Assembly (NCBI GenBank): GCA_951406725.2
Contig: OX597826.1
Coordinates: 61,504,001 to 61,568,000 of the forward strand
DNA length: 64,000 bases
From: Octopus vulgaris
Lineage: Eukaryota
Direction of reading: 5' to 3'
Shown here: positions 1-14,215 of the stretch, one piece after another
Position numbering within the stretch: the first letter of the stretch is position 1
How the letters are laid out: every line of letters starts with the position of its first letter
Made by a program: the position numbers and the translations under genes
Notes under the pieces: model-generated
The model's database searches: none
The model's input: only the letters and a program-made list of their open reading frames with translations
What the model was told of the DNA's origin: nothing

Positions 1-611
1 ATTTAGAGCGCAGGAGGAGGGAAAGAGTAAGAGGAGTGATAGGTAGGAGAGGCAGAGGATTAGTAATAGGAGTGTAAGTGTAAGAAGAGTGAGAGGGTGA
101 GTGGAGAGAGAGGATAAGGAAAGGAGGAGTTTAAAAGTAAGAGAGTGGAGATGTGTATCCTAAGGCTTCCATTCATGCAAATAAAGGTATGGTCACTGAT
201 ACTTTTTCAAGAAGAACGAAGGCTATGGACTGAGCCACTCCTTTCTAACTAAAATTGCTTTTGATACAGCCACATCTGACGGACCATCCAGTGCTGTGGA
301 CATAAGCACTCTTCGATATTTACACATGCCATTGATGTAATAAAATCTACAAAGGTTAGGATGAGCACAAGGGTTTCTTCTAAACTTCTAAAAAGACATT
401 TCAAATTCTTGCAGATCGACGAAGGCTATAGAAACTGCAACATGTTCCGAACTTAGAAAACACCAAGTCGCAGCCACTCTTTCCAGAAATGCGAAAGCTA
501 TGGAGACAACAACTCCTTTCTGAACAAACGATTAAACAGAAACCACGACAACAACAACAAAACAAAAACAACAACAAAAACAAACAAACAATAACTGTAA
601 TATTTATGACA

Positions 612-617
612 TTTATT
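612..617 (-). terminator. Candidate polyadenylation signal of gene A
   Basis: AATAAA on the minus strand about 305 nt after the stop; gene B has one at a similar distance (30227-30222). Confidence 0.35.
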
Positions 618-921
618 TTCTTATAACAAATCAGGATCTCTTTTGAGGAGAAGAATTACTGTATACTTTTGGTGGGCTGGGTAAGAATAAAAAGGATTGT
701 AGGTGATTATATAAATCTAGTTATTGATTAGTATGTTAAGGATCTTCGGAAATATTGAATGCAAAGTCTATTTAAAAGGCAAGCAAGCAATTTATCTAAC
801 TCAGCACATGATTATTACTTTAATAACAATAATAATGATAGTAAATAGTTTCTGATTTAGGTACGAAACTATAAACTTTGTGGAAATGGGGTTAATCGAT
901 GAATAAGTAATTGAAATTTAT

Positions 922-1123
922 TTAGCTAACAATAAGAAGTAAGATGAGAAACACCAAGGAAAGGAAGGAGATATTTGGAAGTGGTTTTATACCAGATGAA
1001 TCAATTTTGTTGATTGATCTACATGTGTCAGACATCATATCATAGCCGTATTCTTGAAGTACTTTAGTAAACTCTTTGGAGCACTTAAAGTCGGCCAGCT
1101 TTTCAATTCCCTCTTTCAAAAGT
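922..1123 (-). CDS. Gene A exon 5 (terminal; GPI-type hydrophobic tail, stop TAA 924-922)
   Basis: Poly-T tract + GCAG acceptor ending at 1124; encodes [14 protein letters not shown]...MSDTC...[26 protein letters not shown]; homologous to 30558-30750. Confidence 0.88.
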
Positions 1124-2987
1124 CTGCAAAAAAAAAAAAAAAAAAAAATTAACATCTTGATGTACCAAATCTCGAAGTGATACAAAAAATAACGACAACA
1201 ATATGTAATTAAGTACAACTTGAAACGAGAGACTGAGCAATGTATATTTAATGTTTAAAATACGCATTTCTATAAAAGAATTATAAAATTTTCAGTTTAT
1301 TCTTCAGATATCACTTCTAGTTGTCAGTTCATTAAATATATCACAACATTGATATATTCTGTCAGATATTCAACAAAACGTGTGGAATTCATTAGAAAGT
1401 ACAGGTTGTGAGGAATGTTTGAAGACATATTTGGTAAATTAATAACGCAACACGAGTCTGTCAAAAACGTAACTGTGTATTTTTTCGATAAACTTTTATA
1501 AGAATTTTCTATGAATCCATTTTCAGCTTCTATGTTTGCTTCAATGCGAGATAAGAATCATTGATTTGTCTGTAATAAATAGTTGATTGACAATGGTCGC
1601 TTTCAGTGAAGCTGTGGTATTGTAAAAATGTCGAATTGTCTACCTTTCTACAATACTCTAAATGTTGTGATCTCTGGGAATAAAATTGACTTTGAACTCT
1701 GCTGTGCACTAAGTTTTAACGTTCTAGCTCACTTCCGCTGTTTACAGCAGAGGTTGGAAGAAAGGTGAATCGCGTGTGATCGTTGCATTGACCATGATAT
1801 AGAAAGCTGTCATGGTGATACCTGCTCAGAGGCCTATGCAAAGTTGCAGAGAGTGTATTAGCTAATACCCAGAAGGGCTCGATGTGAATCACGACTATAA
1901 GATACCCGCTTTTGGTTAAACTGCACCGCAAAATGTGGGAGTAGTTAGGAATCTAAATCGGAGGAGACAGACTCTCACACGCACAACTTCAGTTATATAT
2001 ATAAAGATAATATAGCTAATAATCCTGCCTTGATAAGTACTTTTGAGTAGAGTTTTAGAACTAATTCCTTTAACCATGAGTGTCACATACAAGTGAATAA
2101 ATGCCCTTGTAATTTTAAAAGCAAAAGTATCTGCTCTTTAAACAATCAGTGTTTAAGGAAAATTATAGTGCGTGAATGTAAGATCATAACAAGGGATCGT
2201 ACGTATTATCAAATAGGATTGTATATTACAACTTGGAAATCTAGATTACATAATCATTCTTATTCATTTAAGTATAGGAGAAAAACATAATTACTTCTAA
2301 GTTAATATTATAGAATTGTAAAATAAGTTTTACATTGAAATGTTCTCACAAATGAAGAATATTAAGTAACCCAATAATTATAATTGTTTCTCCTATAATT
2401 TAATATGCATAATTTTTAATTTATTTTACATTTAATATATTTAATATATTTTATATTTAATATATTTAATATATTTTATATTTAATATATTTTACATATT
2501 TTATATTTAATATATTTTATATTTAATATATTTAATATATTTAATTTATTTTATATTTAATAATAACGAATTATCGTGACGTAGAACTCCTATGCTTATT
2601 TTCTATTCTTTTGTTATCTACTGGTGTCATCAGATCTTAAATACTAGACTGATTTTCCTTAGAATATTATAGTTCTTCTTAACAATCTTTTTCTACAGTT
2701 CGTCGAGTTAGAGTTGTTTTCTTTGTTCACTTTGAATTTAACTCATTTTGGTTTACCATGAATCCGTTGTTAGTATATTTTTTTGGTTATATTATTTCAA
2801 CCGATATTTTGTTTAACATTGAGTTCTTACAGATATCAGCCTGGATGTTGAAATCCCTTTTACATCTTACACACACCCACGCATACACCCCCCACATACA
2901 TACATACACGTATATATATGTTTATACATTCACATATATATGTATATATATATACATACATACATAAATACATACATATATAATACT

Positions 2988-3052
<65 letters not shown>

Positions 3053-3107
3053 ATATATATGCTTAGCAATCTATATTCATTTATCTATGTGTATGCATGC
3101 ATGTATA

Positions 3108-3152
<45 letters not shown>

Positions 3153-6100
3153 TATTGAATTGTGCAATACAATAGTATTGCTTCCCAGTAAAATAAAGCA
3201 CCATCAGGTTTAAGTATAAATATCGGATAGTGGTACAGCAACGCACCAATATTTACTGGAAATAGCAGTCGATAATTTACGACGGTATAGTAAAGCTTCA
3301 CTGTATATATTTCATCCCGCTGAAAAGAAGTCCCTGAATAGGAGCTGTTTAAAAAAGGTTTAACGAAACGCCCATGTTTCCAGACGTGAATTATCCAAGC
3401 CCAAAGAATTACTCTCAGCACATGGTTATGCTGCTCTCCCACTACTTCTGCGGGTAATCGGAGATGCACATATCTTCAGCCACTAAGGGACATGCTCAAC
3501 TAGTTATGGTCAAACAACTGACAAGTAAATCTGTGTTATTCAGCAGAATATTTGCTCATTTGTATATCATTAATTATTATATTCATTATTGTAACGAGCA
3601 TAATTGTGCGTATTTAAATCGTTTAAACGTATATTTTCTCAAGTGTGAACGCTTTAGATCCTGTTCCTATCTTGTGTTTATAAAAGTAAATTTAGAAGTG
3701 AAAATCTAGTAGACTTCTTGCAGACAAAGGTTTTTATCTATCTATTATCGCCGCACTAATTATCTGCTAGACAATCGAATATACTGTGTTACTATCTTTT
3801 AATTCTCAAAGTATATATGTATGTCGATATAGTTCTTGTAGATCACATATAATCACGTGTATATCAATATGGTATAATTATATGGTATAATTATAAACAG
3901 GACAAATTTTAGCCATTTCTCCGCAGACTGAAAAAAAAGGAGGAACAACCTTAATCGATTTTTGAACCTTATTGAGTTCTCGTCAGTGGCGTCTACATCA
4001 TTCTGATAGCCTCCAGTGAAACAAGCAGCCAAGCTGTTTATATACTCGACAAATGCAGCAGTTACTCTATGAAGAAGTCCCTAATTTGCATACTGAAAGT
4101 GTTTAACACTCTATAAATACCAGCGTCCTGTCCACATAGTATCAAGGTATGATATAATATATATTTAACATATGGTGTAATTATAAACAGGGCATATTTT
4201 AGCCATTCATCCGCAGACTGAACTGATTATTCGCATCTACATCCATCGTATATTAGAATCTACCAAGATATGAATATTAATGTTACAACTGAAAACCCTT
4301 TTCACCATTGTGCAAAAACTTTGTGAAAGTGGGTGTATATATTATGGCATATTGCTGTTATTGTTCATACCAACCGGGAGAGATGAGAATCAACTCTAGT
4401 GAGATCCAAACTAAGGACGTTAAGATTTGAGCCTAATTATATTCTTTTCGACTCTGAGCACAAGGTCTGAAATTTTGGGGGAGGGGGGACAGTCGATTAG
4501 ATCGAGTCCAGTACACAACTGGTACTTAATTTATCGACCCCGAAAGGATGAAATGTAATTTTGAACTCAGAACAGAAAGACAGAAGAAATACCGCTAGCA
4601 TTTCGCCCGGTGTGCTAACGTTTCTTCTTTCTTTACTGCCCACAAGGGGCTACACACAGAGGGGACAAACAAGGACAGACAAACGGATTAAGTCGATTAC
4701 ATCGACCACAGGTACTTATTTAATTGACCTCGAAAGGATGAAAGGCAAAGTCGACCTCGGCGGAATTTGAACTCAAAATGTAGCGGCAGACGAAATACCT
4801 ATTTTTTTATTACCCACAGGGGACTAAACAAAGAGGGGACAAACAAGGACAGACAAAGAGATTAAGTCGATTACATCGACCCCGGTGCGTAACTGGTACT
4901 TAATTTATCGACCCCGAAAGGATGAAAGGCAAATTCGACCTCGGCAGAATTTGAACTCAGAACGTAACGGCAGACGAAATACCGCTAAGCATTTCGCCCA
5001 GCGTGCTAACGTTTCTGCCAACTCGCTGCCTTTGAGCCTGTATCTACTAATTGTCACTCGTATACTGTCACAATACTGAAAAGAGTTTTCTGTACATACG
5101 GACAATATTCCGTGTCGTATTTTTCTCTTGTAATACTAAAGTTCATAAATAAAGCGATCCCTTTGCTGTAGAGCTGCTGGAATCCCTCCAATCCATCTGT
5201 TGATGTATTCTGTAATAAATTCATTATCTTTTCTGTTAAGCATGGTATACCTCCAAGTATAGCTGAAATAGATTGAAGAAAATGTGCAATAAATTAACAT
5301 TTCATTTAGATTCTTTAAATCATGTGTCAGTTTATGTGATGAAGTATATGGATGCGTATGTGTGTGCACATACAAATTATATACATAATTTGTGTGATTG
5401 CGTGTGTGTGCGTTTGTATGTGTGTTTGTGTCTGTGTTTATTGTGTGTGTGTGTATGTTTATGTGCGTCTGTGTCTGTGTACTGTGAATATTTCTCAGAT
5501 ATAGAAAATATACTATTTCAGATTAGTAAGAGTTTCTGTTATACAAACAGAAGAAAAAAGTGAGGAGCGGAGTAGTGTTTGTAAATTCGACTTCGCAAGT
5601 CTGTCGGAGAAATAATTGTTTTTGGAATTATGTCTATAGATTTTTTCTTTAATCTGACAGATATCAAAGGGGAATATTACTTATGGCATTGCAGCTAACA
5701 CGAACATATATCAGGTCTTCCATGTACAGAGGAATATTCCATGTCGTATTTTTTTCTTGTAATTTTCGACTGCGCCATATCCATAAATAAACTTGACCCT
5801 TTGTTGAAGAGCTGCTGGAATTTCTCCAATCCACCTGTTGATGTATTCTGTACTATTTTAATTATCTTTCCTACTAAGCATGGCAACCAGAGATACGTAA
5901 CAAATCCTCGCCTACACCAAAGTTGAAAGTGGTTGCATTAGATAGGTTAGAACCACCTGATAGGAAATTTCCAACACAGGCAAAATTTAACTAAGTTTTT
6001 CTTTTAAGTTGGAAACGGTCACCATTACTCTCAATATTGCTTCCAGCGATCAGCAACATTATTTTCGAATCGTAACATATAGCTCATCGGACACCACACA

Positions 6101-8987
6101 ACTTGATACTGGGCAAGTAAAGAGTGATAGGCCTGGGGGTTGTTATTGGCTGTAACTGTTGAGATGTCAGTAGAAAGGTTAACAGTTTGCTGGCTGCGTG
6201 AGACATGTGAAAAAGTATGTTTATGAAGAAAGATTCAATAATTCTCATCGGCTGTAACAAATGGTGACGGTTCAAGAACAAAATATATTGATTTTCAGAA
6301 ACGGTTAGTTTAGATTTGGAAGATCTCTGACAAATTTAATAACTTGCTATGACAAGAAACTTGAATTGCATAGACTGTTGTGCAGTAATTTGGCAAGGAA
6401 TGAATTACCTTAAACGATAATATGATTCTATGTGATTAGAATATGTGGTTTAGGAGATCACGTGATTGTACATAATAGAAGGTTAATTGCAAGACATTTA
6501 GATTAAAGTTCCTGCTACAAATTCTTTGCTAAGCCACATATCTCAACTTGAACTCGAGAGCACAGTATGTCTTTCATCAAAGATTTCGTGGCTACGGCCT
6601 GGGAGCAACAGCACGATTTCCCAACCCACGTACAGGATACTTTTACGAGACACAATTCGTACGGAAGACTGTTGGCTCAAAATCGGATCATCCGTCCTCT
6701 GACGAGACTCGGTTTTAGTCCTGAGAAATGAACACAAATCCCACCTCACTAGGTAAACCAGGCGGGGCAGTCAGTTTGTCGCTGACTACTCGACTATGCA
6801 ACAGGTGGTAAAGGATGAGCTCATATATATATTGCTTGGTTTGATCGTCCGCTGCAAAATAAAGCCGCGGAAATCTCTGCGAATCATGAAGAAACTGATT
6901 TTGTATTACCGAATTCAATGAAGATATACACAAACATGCAGGAAGTAAATAGACACCTTTAATTTTCAAAATCTTTTATATAATACGCAAAGCGAACAAT
7001 TGAAATGTAATCGATAGGTAGGACTACATACTTTAGTATTTAGTTGACATTCCCTTTGCAGTTTTTAATTCAGAAACTGTTTTTGGCATTGAACTGATGA
7101 GCTTTGTGATTTTCTCATGTGGAATTTCTACCCGCTTTTCACGCAACAATCGAAACAATTCATCTTTAGATTTAGGTTTCTGTCGAGTTTTTCGTATAGC
7201 TCTATCTAGTATGCTCCAAAGATTTTCAATTGGTTTCATGTCAGGAGATTGGCTCGGCCAAGGAAGCTTTTTGATTCCATTTTCAGTCAGCCATTTTTAA
7301 TTCCTTTTCGTTGTGTGGCATAGAGCCCCATCTTCCATGAATAAGAACTCATTTTTCGTTATGTTATCGTGTGAGTACATCTGAAGTAGTCCTTGCTTAA
7401 GTATTTTGATGTATTTTTCAGAGTTTATGGTTCCGACGCATTCGATCAGTTCAGAACGACCATTACTGGTGACAACTCCCCATACCATTACAGGGATACC
7501 GCCATGATTCACAGTTGGTTGGAGTCGTTTCAAATCAAATTCTTGATTGGGAAGCCTCCAGACCTAAACACGTCCACTGTTTGAAAATAATGCAAATCCG
7601 GATTCATCTGAGAAAATCACTCTATCCCAAAATGCACTGGATTTTTCTGACATCTTCTTAGCCCATTTCTTTCTCTTCATGATATAAATTAGTTGAAGGA
7701 GAGGTTTTCTTCTAGCCGCTCGCCCATAATACCCAAGCTTATGCAGATATGTAACACGCGTTCTTGGACTAACTTCGAGCTGTTTTCCAATGTCAGAAGC
7801 TTACCGTTAATATAAAAATATCTGCTAAATGTTTTCTCTACAAAACCTAAACAGCTTAGGCGCTGGAGTGGCTGTGTGGTAAGTAGATTGCTAACCGGCC
7901 ACATGGTTCCGGGTTCAGTCCCACTGCGTGGCATCTTGGGCAAGTGTCTTCTGCTATAGCCCCGGGCCGACCAATGCCTTGTGAGTGGATTTGGTAGACG
8001 GAAACTGAAAGAAGCCTGTCGTATATATGTATATATTTATATATGTGTGTATGTGTGTGTGTTTGTGTGTGTGTTTGTCCCCCAAGCATTGCTTGACAAC
8101 CGATGCTGGTATGTTTACGTCCCCGTCACTTAGCGGTTCGGCAAAAGAGACCGATAGAATAAGTACTGGGCTTACAAAGAATAAGTCCCGGGGTCGATTT
8201 GCTCGTCTAAAGGCGGTGCTCCAGCATGGCCGCAGTGAAATGACTGAAACAAGTAAAAGAGTAAAAGAGTAAAAGAGAGCTTCTTCCTAATGTCCTCATC
8301 GCAGATAATGCAATTTCACATGTAACATCAACAAAATCTTTCGGCATTCATATTGATAAGTCTCTCCGTTTCAAAACACATATGAGCAATTTATTAAAAC
8401 AAAATTCCCGTTCTCTTTGTATGTGAAATATAAATTCTTACTTTCTTCCCGAAAATGCTAGAATCACCCTTATTCATTCTTTAATATGCTCAAAATTGTC
8501 TTACTGTGTTGCTGCCTGGGGAATTTTCAAACTTCCCTAACTCAACTATGCCATTCATAAATCATGGAGGAGTCTCAAAATAAACAATCCTCAATCAAAA
8601 TTACTTTTGCTTATTTATATATAGGAGAGCTATATATATATATATATATATATATGACAAAGTGAAGTTGTAAGGTACCGCACGAGTGGAATTATATATG
8701 AAAGAAGGTTTGAAAATGCAGTTTTAAAAGATGTTTAGTCACTTGACCGGTTTCACTTTTTTAGAAAAAGATTGTCAAAAGTAACATGTAAAAAGCTTTG
8801 TTGTATTAGGTACTGGTTGTCACAAAATATTACAATACATATATACATTCTTTAATAATAATAAGAACATGTTAAAGATTCTCGCATACTCCATCTTCCG
8901 TCTCTCAATTAATAAAGAATATAAACCATTTCAAGTTAAAATAAACATTAAACGATGTTTTATGGGTGTCTAGTTACTTCTGTCATG

Positions 8988-9057
<70 letters not shown>

Positions 9058-9667
9058 ATCCAAACAAGAAAGCACAAAAAAACACAACAACGCGAAGACG
9101 TGGAACAAATATAGTATTATTGGACGCTCAGGAAAGAAGGGGGGTTCAACGTTTCGAGCGGAGCTCTTCGTCGGAAACATAGGAGAAGGAACGATCTAGA
9201 GAAGGGAAGACAGAGGGAAAAAAATCGCCAACGGTACACACGATGTCATATATATATATATGTATATATGTATATATATATATGTATATATATATAAATA
9301 TATATAAATTTATATATATATAAATTATATATATATATATCATTTATATATATAAATTTATATATATAAATTTATATATATATATATATATATTTTTTTT
9401 TTTTTCTACCTATTATATACGTTATTATTATTATTATTTTTGCAATTTACTTAATCTTTACATTTTATTGTTATTTTAATTTTAACTTTTCTATTATATG
9501 TAATTTTCTAGATGGTGTAATTTAATTGTTCATTTTGGATTGATAAAAGGTAGTTTTTTTCTAATTTTTTATATATATATTATATTGTGTGAAATTTGAT
9601 TTAGTATTTCTAAATTGAATTTTTTTTCCTTGTAAGTTTGGATTTTATTCCCTCAAATAATAATTAT

Positions 9668-9726
<59 letters not shown>

Positions 9727-10665
9727 TGACATGACAGAAGTAAACAGTCACCCATAAAACATCGTTTAATGTTTATTTTAACTTGAAAAGGTTTATATTC
9801 TTTATTAATTGACATTTTTCTGTTTTATGTTTCAGGTTTTATATGTGATTGTTTAATCATGCCACGTACAAAAGAACCCTTGGAATCGTCCGAATTTCAA
9901 AGAGACCGTATCGTGGGTCGATCTGAAGGTGGACGTATTCAGCGTAAAATCCACCTCACCTCACCCAGGTCCATAAGGTCCCTTTGACAGGATCCTTCGC
10001 TTAGTTAAGACAAATGTAGAGGATAATCCTCGTTGCAAGGCCTCTGACAAAGCAGAATAAGTTGTTGTCAGTCCTAGAACACCTGTCAGGTATCTCCACA
10101 AACTTGGCTACTATGGCAGAGCAGCAAGAAGAAAGCCTCTTCATCGACCAACCTATATCAAGCGGAGGAAAATTTTGGTCATTGAAATGGTGGAGAGGAC
10201 ACTAGCATTTTCGGATACTGTCATATTTTCTTATGAGTCCAGATTTTCTGTATTTTATGACAGTGGTCGAGCGTGGGTCTGGAGACAGTGATCAAGAATT
10301 TGACATGAAAAGATTGTAGCGAACAATGAAACACGGTGGCTATTCGGTGATGCTCTGGGGAGTAATTTGGAGCAATGGTCCATCAGAGTTGATGGAGTGT
10401 GAGGGAAACCTGAACTCAAATGAATGTGTCCATATTATTTCACCAACAATGACAAGAAAAATGCCTTAATAAGAAAACTAAATCTTACTTTCTTCGTGTT
10501 CACACATCTCCCTGGTGGCCTCCATCGTCTTCATGATATTTATCCCCATTCTATCTGCCGCTATCTTAATTTGATTACATTGTGTGAGTTTTTCAAAGCA
10601 AGCATCAAGTTTCTTTTTGTCTTCTGAGCCCATCCTAGAAAAAGAAATAAATTTAGAACATAGAT

Positions 10666-10758
<93 letters not shown>

Positions 10759-12326
10759 CACACACACACACGCACACACATGTATGTATATGTATATGTG
10801 TGTGTGATTTAATATATATATTTAATGTCAAATGATATTTATCTGTCACCGGATGGAATACCCTATTTGCTGACCCTACCAATAAAGAAACAGTAAACTA
10901 TGTGCCACTGAACTTCCCGTAAACTAGACTCCAATGTTTAAAGCTTAATTAGACGACTTATGAAAAAAGAAAAAAAACAAACACGACGAAAGTAAGCTGT
11001 CCCCATAAAACGCTTTCCACATTACAAGAATGAAGGCCAACCCAGAATGACGAGACTAAAATGTAAGAAATTCACAGTCGAACATAAAATATATTTGCAT
11101 TACTATCATCAGTTACCCAAACGAACATTACTACGGTTTTTGTGTGTAATGTTTTAAAGACTTAACCGATTTCACAGATTTCTGATTTTCAAAGGTTGAG
11201 ATAGAATGACGTGGAGGTATGTTGCAACTGTATTGCTTCTGACTGGAGTTAAAAAATTGTCTTGTTTTTATAGAGAGAACATTGCTCAAATTAGAATCTG
11301 TTTTCGATTCGTTTTGATCGACTGATTATGACCATGTGATTAAATTTAGAAATGCTTATAGTTTCTCCGCTACATACGTTCTTTAATTTCAGGGGGATAA
11401 TATCTTTGGTGCCGTAAGTTAAAGCTGTCATGGTTGAATGAACACATCTAGTACCAATCCCAAACAATGAAAGCTGTCTGAGTTTTATCGGTCAAATGTA
11501 GTGGAAGATCACGTGATTAGCCTTAGTAATTGTTGGTAGGTTCTTCGCCACGTCCATGCGTTAATATCATGTGATTATATTTTTTGCACCGAAAATTAAG
11601 GCTGACACGGCTGGGTGAACATGTATTGTGCGATTTCCAATCTGATCTCTCTAAATTTAATCTGTCAAGTGGGAAAGTGGTCAAGAGTTGTTTCTGTGGA
11701 GCGCAGTGGTTGAATAGTTATTGTTTGTGTATATCTAGGCAGGTACTAGACATGTTCACTCAACCGTAACAGTTTTAACTTACGCGCCACAGGATATTGT
11801 CAGATTTCATTAAAGAACGGATGTAGCGGGAAATTTACTAAAATTTCTAAACCTATTCTCGTGATCATCCACGGCCAATCTAAACGTACCCCAAACAGGT
11901 ACTAATTTGAACCAGGTTCTCTCTATAAAAACAAGACAATTTTTGAACTCCAGCTACAGTATAGCTATCTCAACTTTTGAAAATCAGAGCAATCTGTGAA
12001 ACAGGGTGTGTCTAAAACATTTAAAATAAAAAATCTAAACGAATCCCATTGCACTTCTAACTTATTTTTCTACATTTCTGCCTATGTGGAGTAAATTAAT
12101 TTTTGTTATATAAGCACACACATTAAGTACAAGACATCGCCAACGAGCGAAAAACACGTAAACACACGAGAGATAAGTATAGCTCTTCTTATTGCAAATT
12201 TTCGCATTTTGTCATGTACTTGTCTCTCTGTGTTTACGCGTTTTTCGCTCGCTGGTGATGCCCTGTATTTAATGCGTATTTTTGTTATTTATTTATAATC
12301 GAACGCCACGCAGCCTTGTCCACAGT

Positions 12327-12406
<80 letters not shown>

Positions 12407-12610
12407 GGGAAAATTCACAAAAAAAAACAAAAACAAAAACAAAAGACGAAGACAGGTGTTGTAGACAACAAACATGTATTAGTTTAACATCCGGGAAGTG
12501 AAAAAGTCTTTAACGTTTCGAGCCTGCGCTCTTCCATAGAAAGGATCACTGAAAGAAACAAGGAGACAAAATAAAGAATGTGTCTTGGCTAGCGATCTAT
12601 CGTAAGTATG

Positions 12611-12695
<85 letters not shown>

Positions 12696-14168
12696 CTGCA
12701 CAGTGTTGCCTCCTATCGGATTTATGTACCTCTCTTTGATATTTCCTAATGATAATGGTTAAAAAGCTAGAAAAGCTTCGTTAGAGAATCCAACAGGGGG
12801 CAGCACCGGACAGATATGTTTTTACATCTTTTACTGTAATAAAAAAATGTGTCCCCATGTTAATAACAGTGAATTTGCCTTTAGAAGTTGAAATATTGGG
12901 TTGTCCGGAAAGTTCGTGTCGATTTATGGTAGCTTACCTTTCGACTTATTTTAGAACATGGTTGAGTTCATAAAACAGGATTTGACTACACCTACATTTA
13001 GAGCACAGTTTAAGCTATCTTTTCGTGGAAGAAGGTTTATGTTCCTATAACCTGTGTTAATTCTGTAACCCTTTAAAATGGAACATAAGAAAGGGGAAAA
13101 TGCCTCACAAGCAATATGCGCAGTTTACGGTGATATTTCTTTATCCGAAAGAACTGTACGGAAGTGGTTCGCAAGGTTCCGAGCTGGAGATTGTAGCCTT
13201 ATTGATAAATAGCGATCAGGCAGACCATCCACTACAGATGATGACCAAATCAAGTCATTAATTGAGAATAACCCACATTGCACAACCCGAGAATTGGCAG
13301 AAAGCCTCAACCTATCAAAATCCGTCGTTCATGAGCACCTGGTAAAGCTTGGGTACACAAATCGCTACGATGTTTGGGTATCACATGAGTTGAGTGAGAT
13401 GAACCTTTTGGATCGCATTTCCATCTGTGATTTGCTTTATAAACGGAATGAAAACGCACCATTTTTAAAGCAAATTGTAACAGGTGATGAGAAATGGATT
13501 ATCTAACGAAATGTTAGAGAAAGCGATCCTGGAATAAGCGACATGAGCCACCCTTAGCCACCCCAAAAGTGGGTCTTCACCCTAAAAAAGTCTTGCTTTG
13601 TATCTGGTGGAACTGGAAAAGAATTCTGTACAATGAGCTTCTCCCAAGTAACCAGACAATTAATTCTGAGAAATACTGCACACAACTGGACGAGTTAAAA
13701 GCAGCAATTCAAGAGAAACGTCCAGAATTGACCAACAGGAAGGGTGTTGTTTTCCAGCATAATAATGCAAGACCGCACGTTTCTTTGGGAACCAGACAAA
13801 AATTGCTGCAGCTCAGCTGGGATGTGTTACCCCACCCTCCATATTCACCAGATATTGTTCCTTCGGATTTCCACTTATTCAGGTCTCGGCAGAATAGACT
13901 TAACGGTAAAAAATTTAATTACTTGGAAGACGTAAAAAAGATACCTTGATGAATTCTTTGCCCTGAAACCACGACAATACTGGGAAGAGGGTATTTTCAT
14001 GTTAAAGGAAAGATGGATACGCATTGTGCAATCAATGGTTCATATTTGGTTGATTTAAAAATGTAATGGCAAGTATTTATTGACCTTTTTCTTTCCTTTA
14101 AAAATCGGCACGAACTTTCCGGACAACCCAATATTTCACAATCATATTCTAACTAACTAAAAATTCGC

Positions 14169-14215
<47 letters not shown>

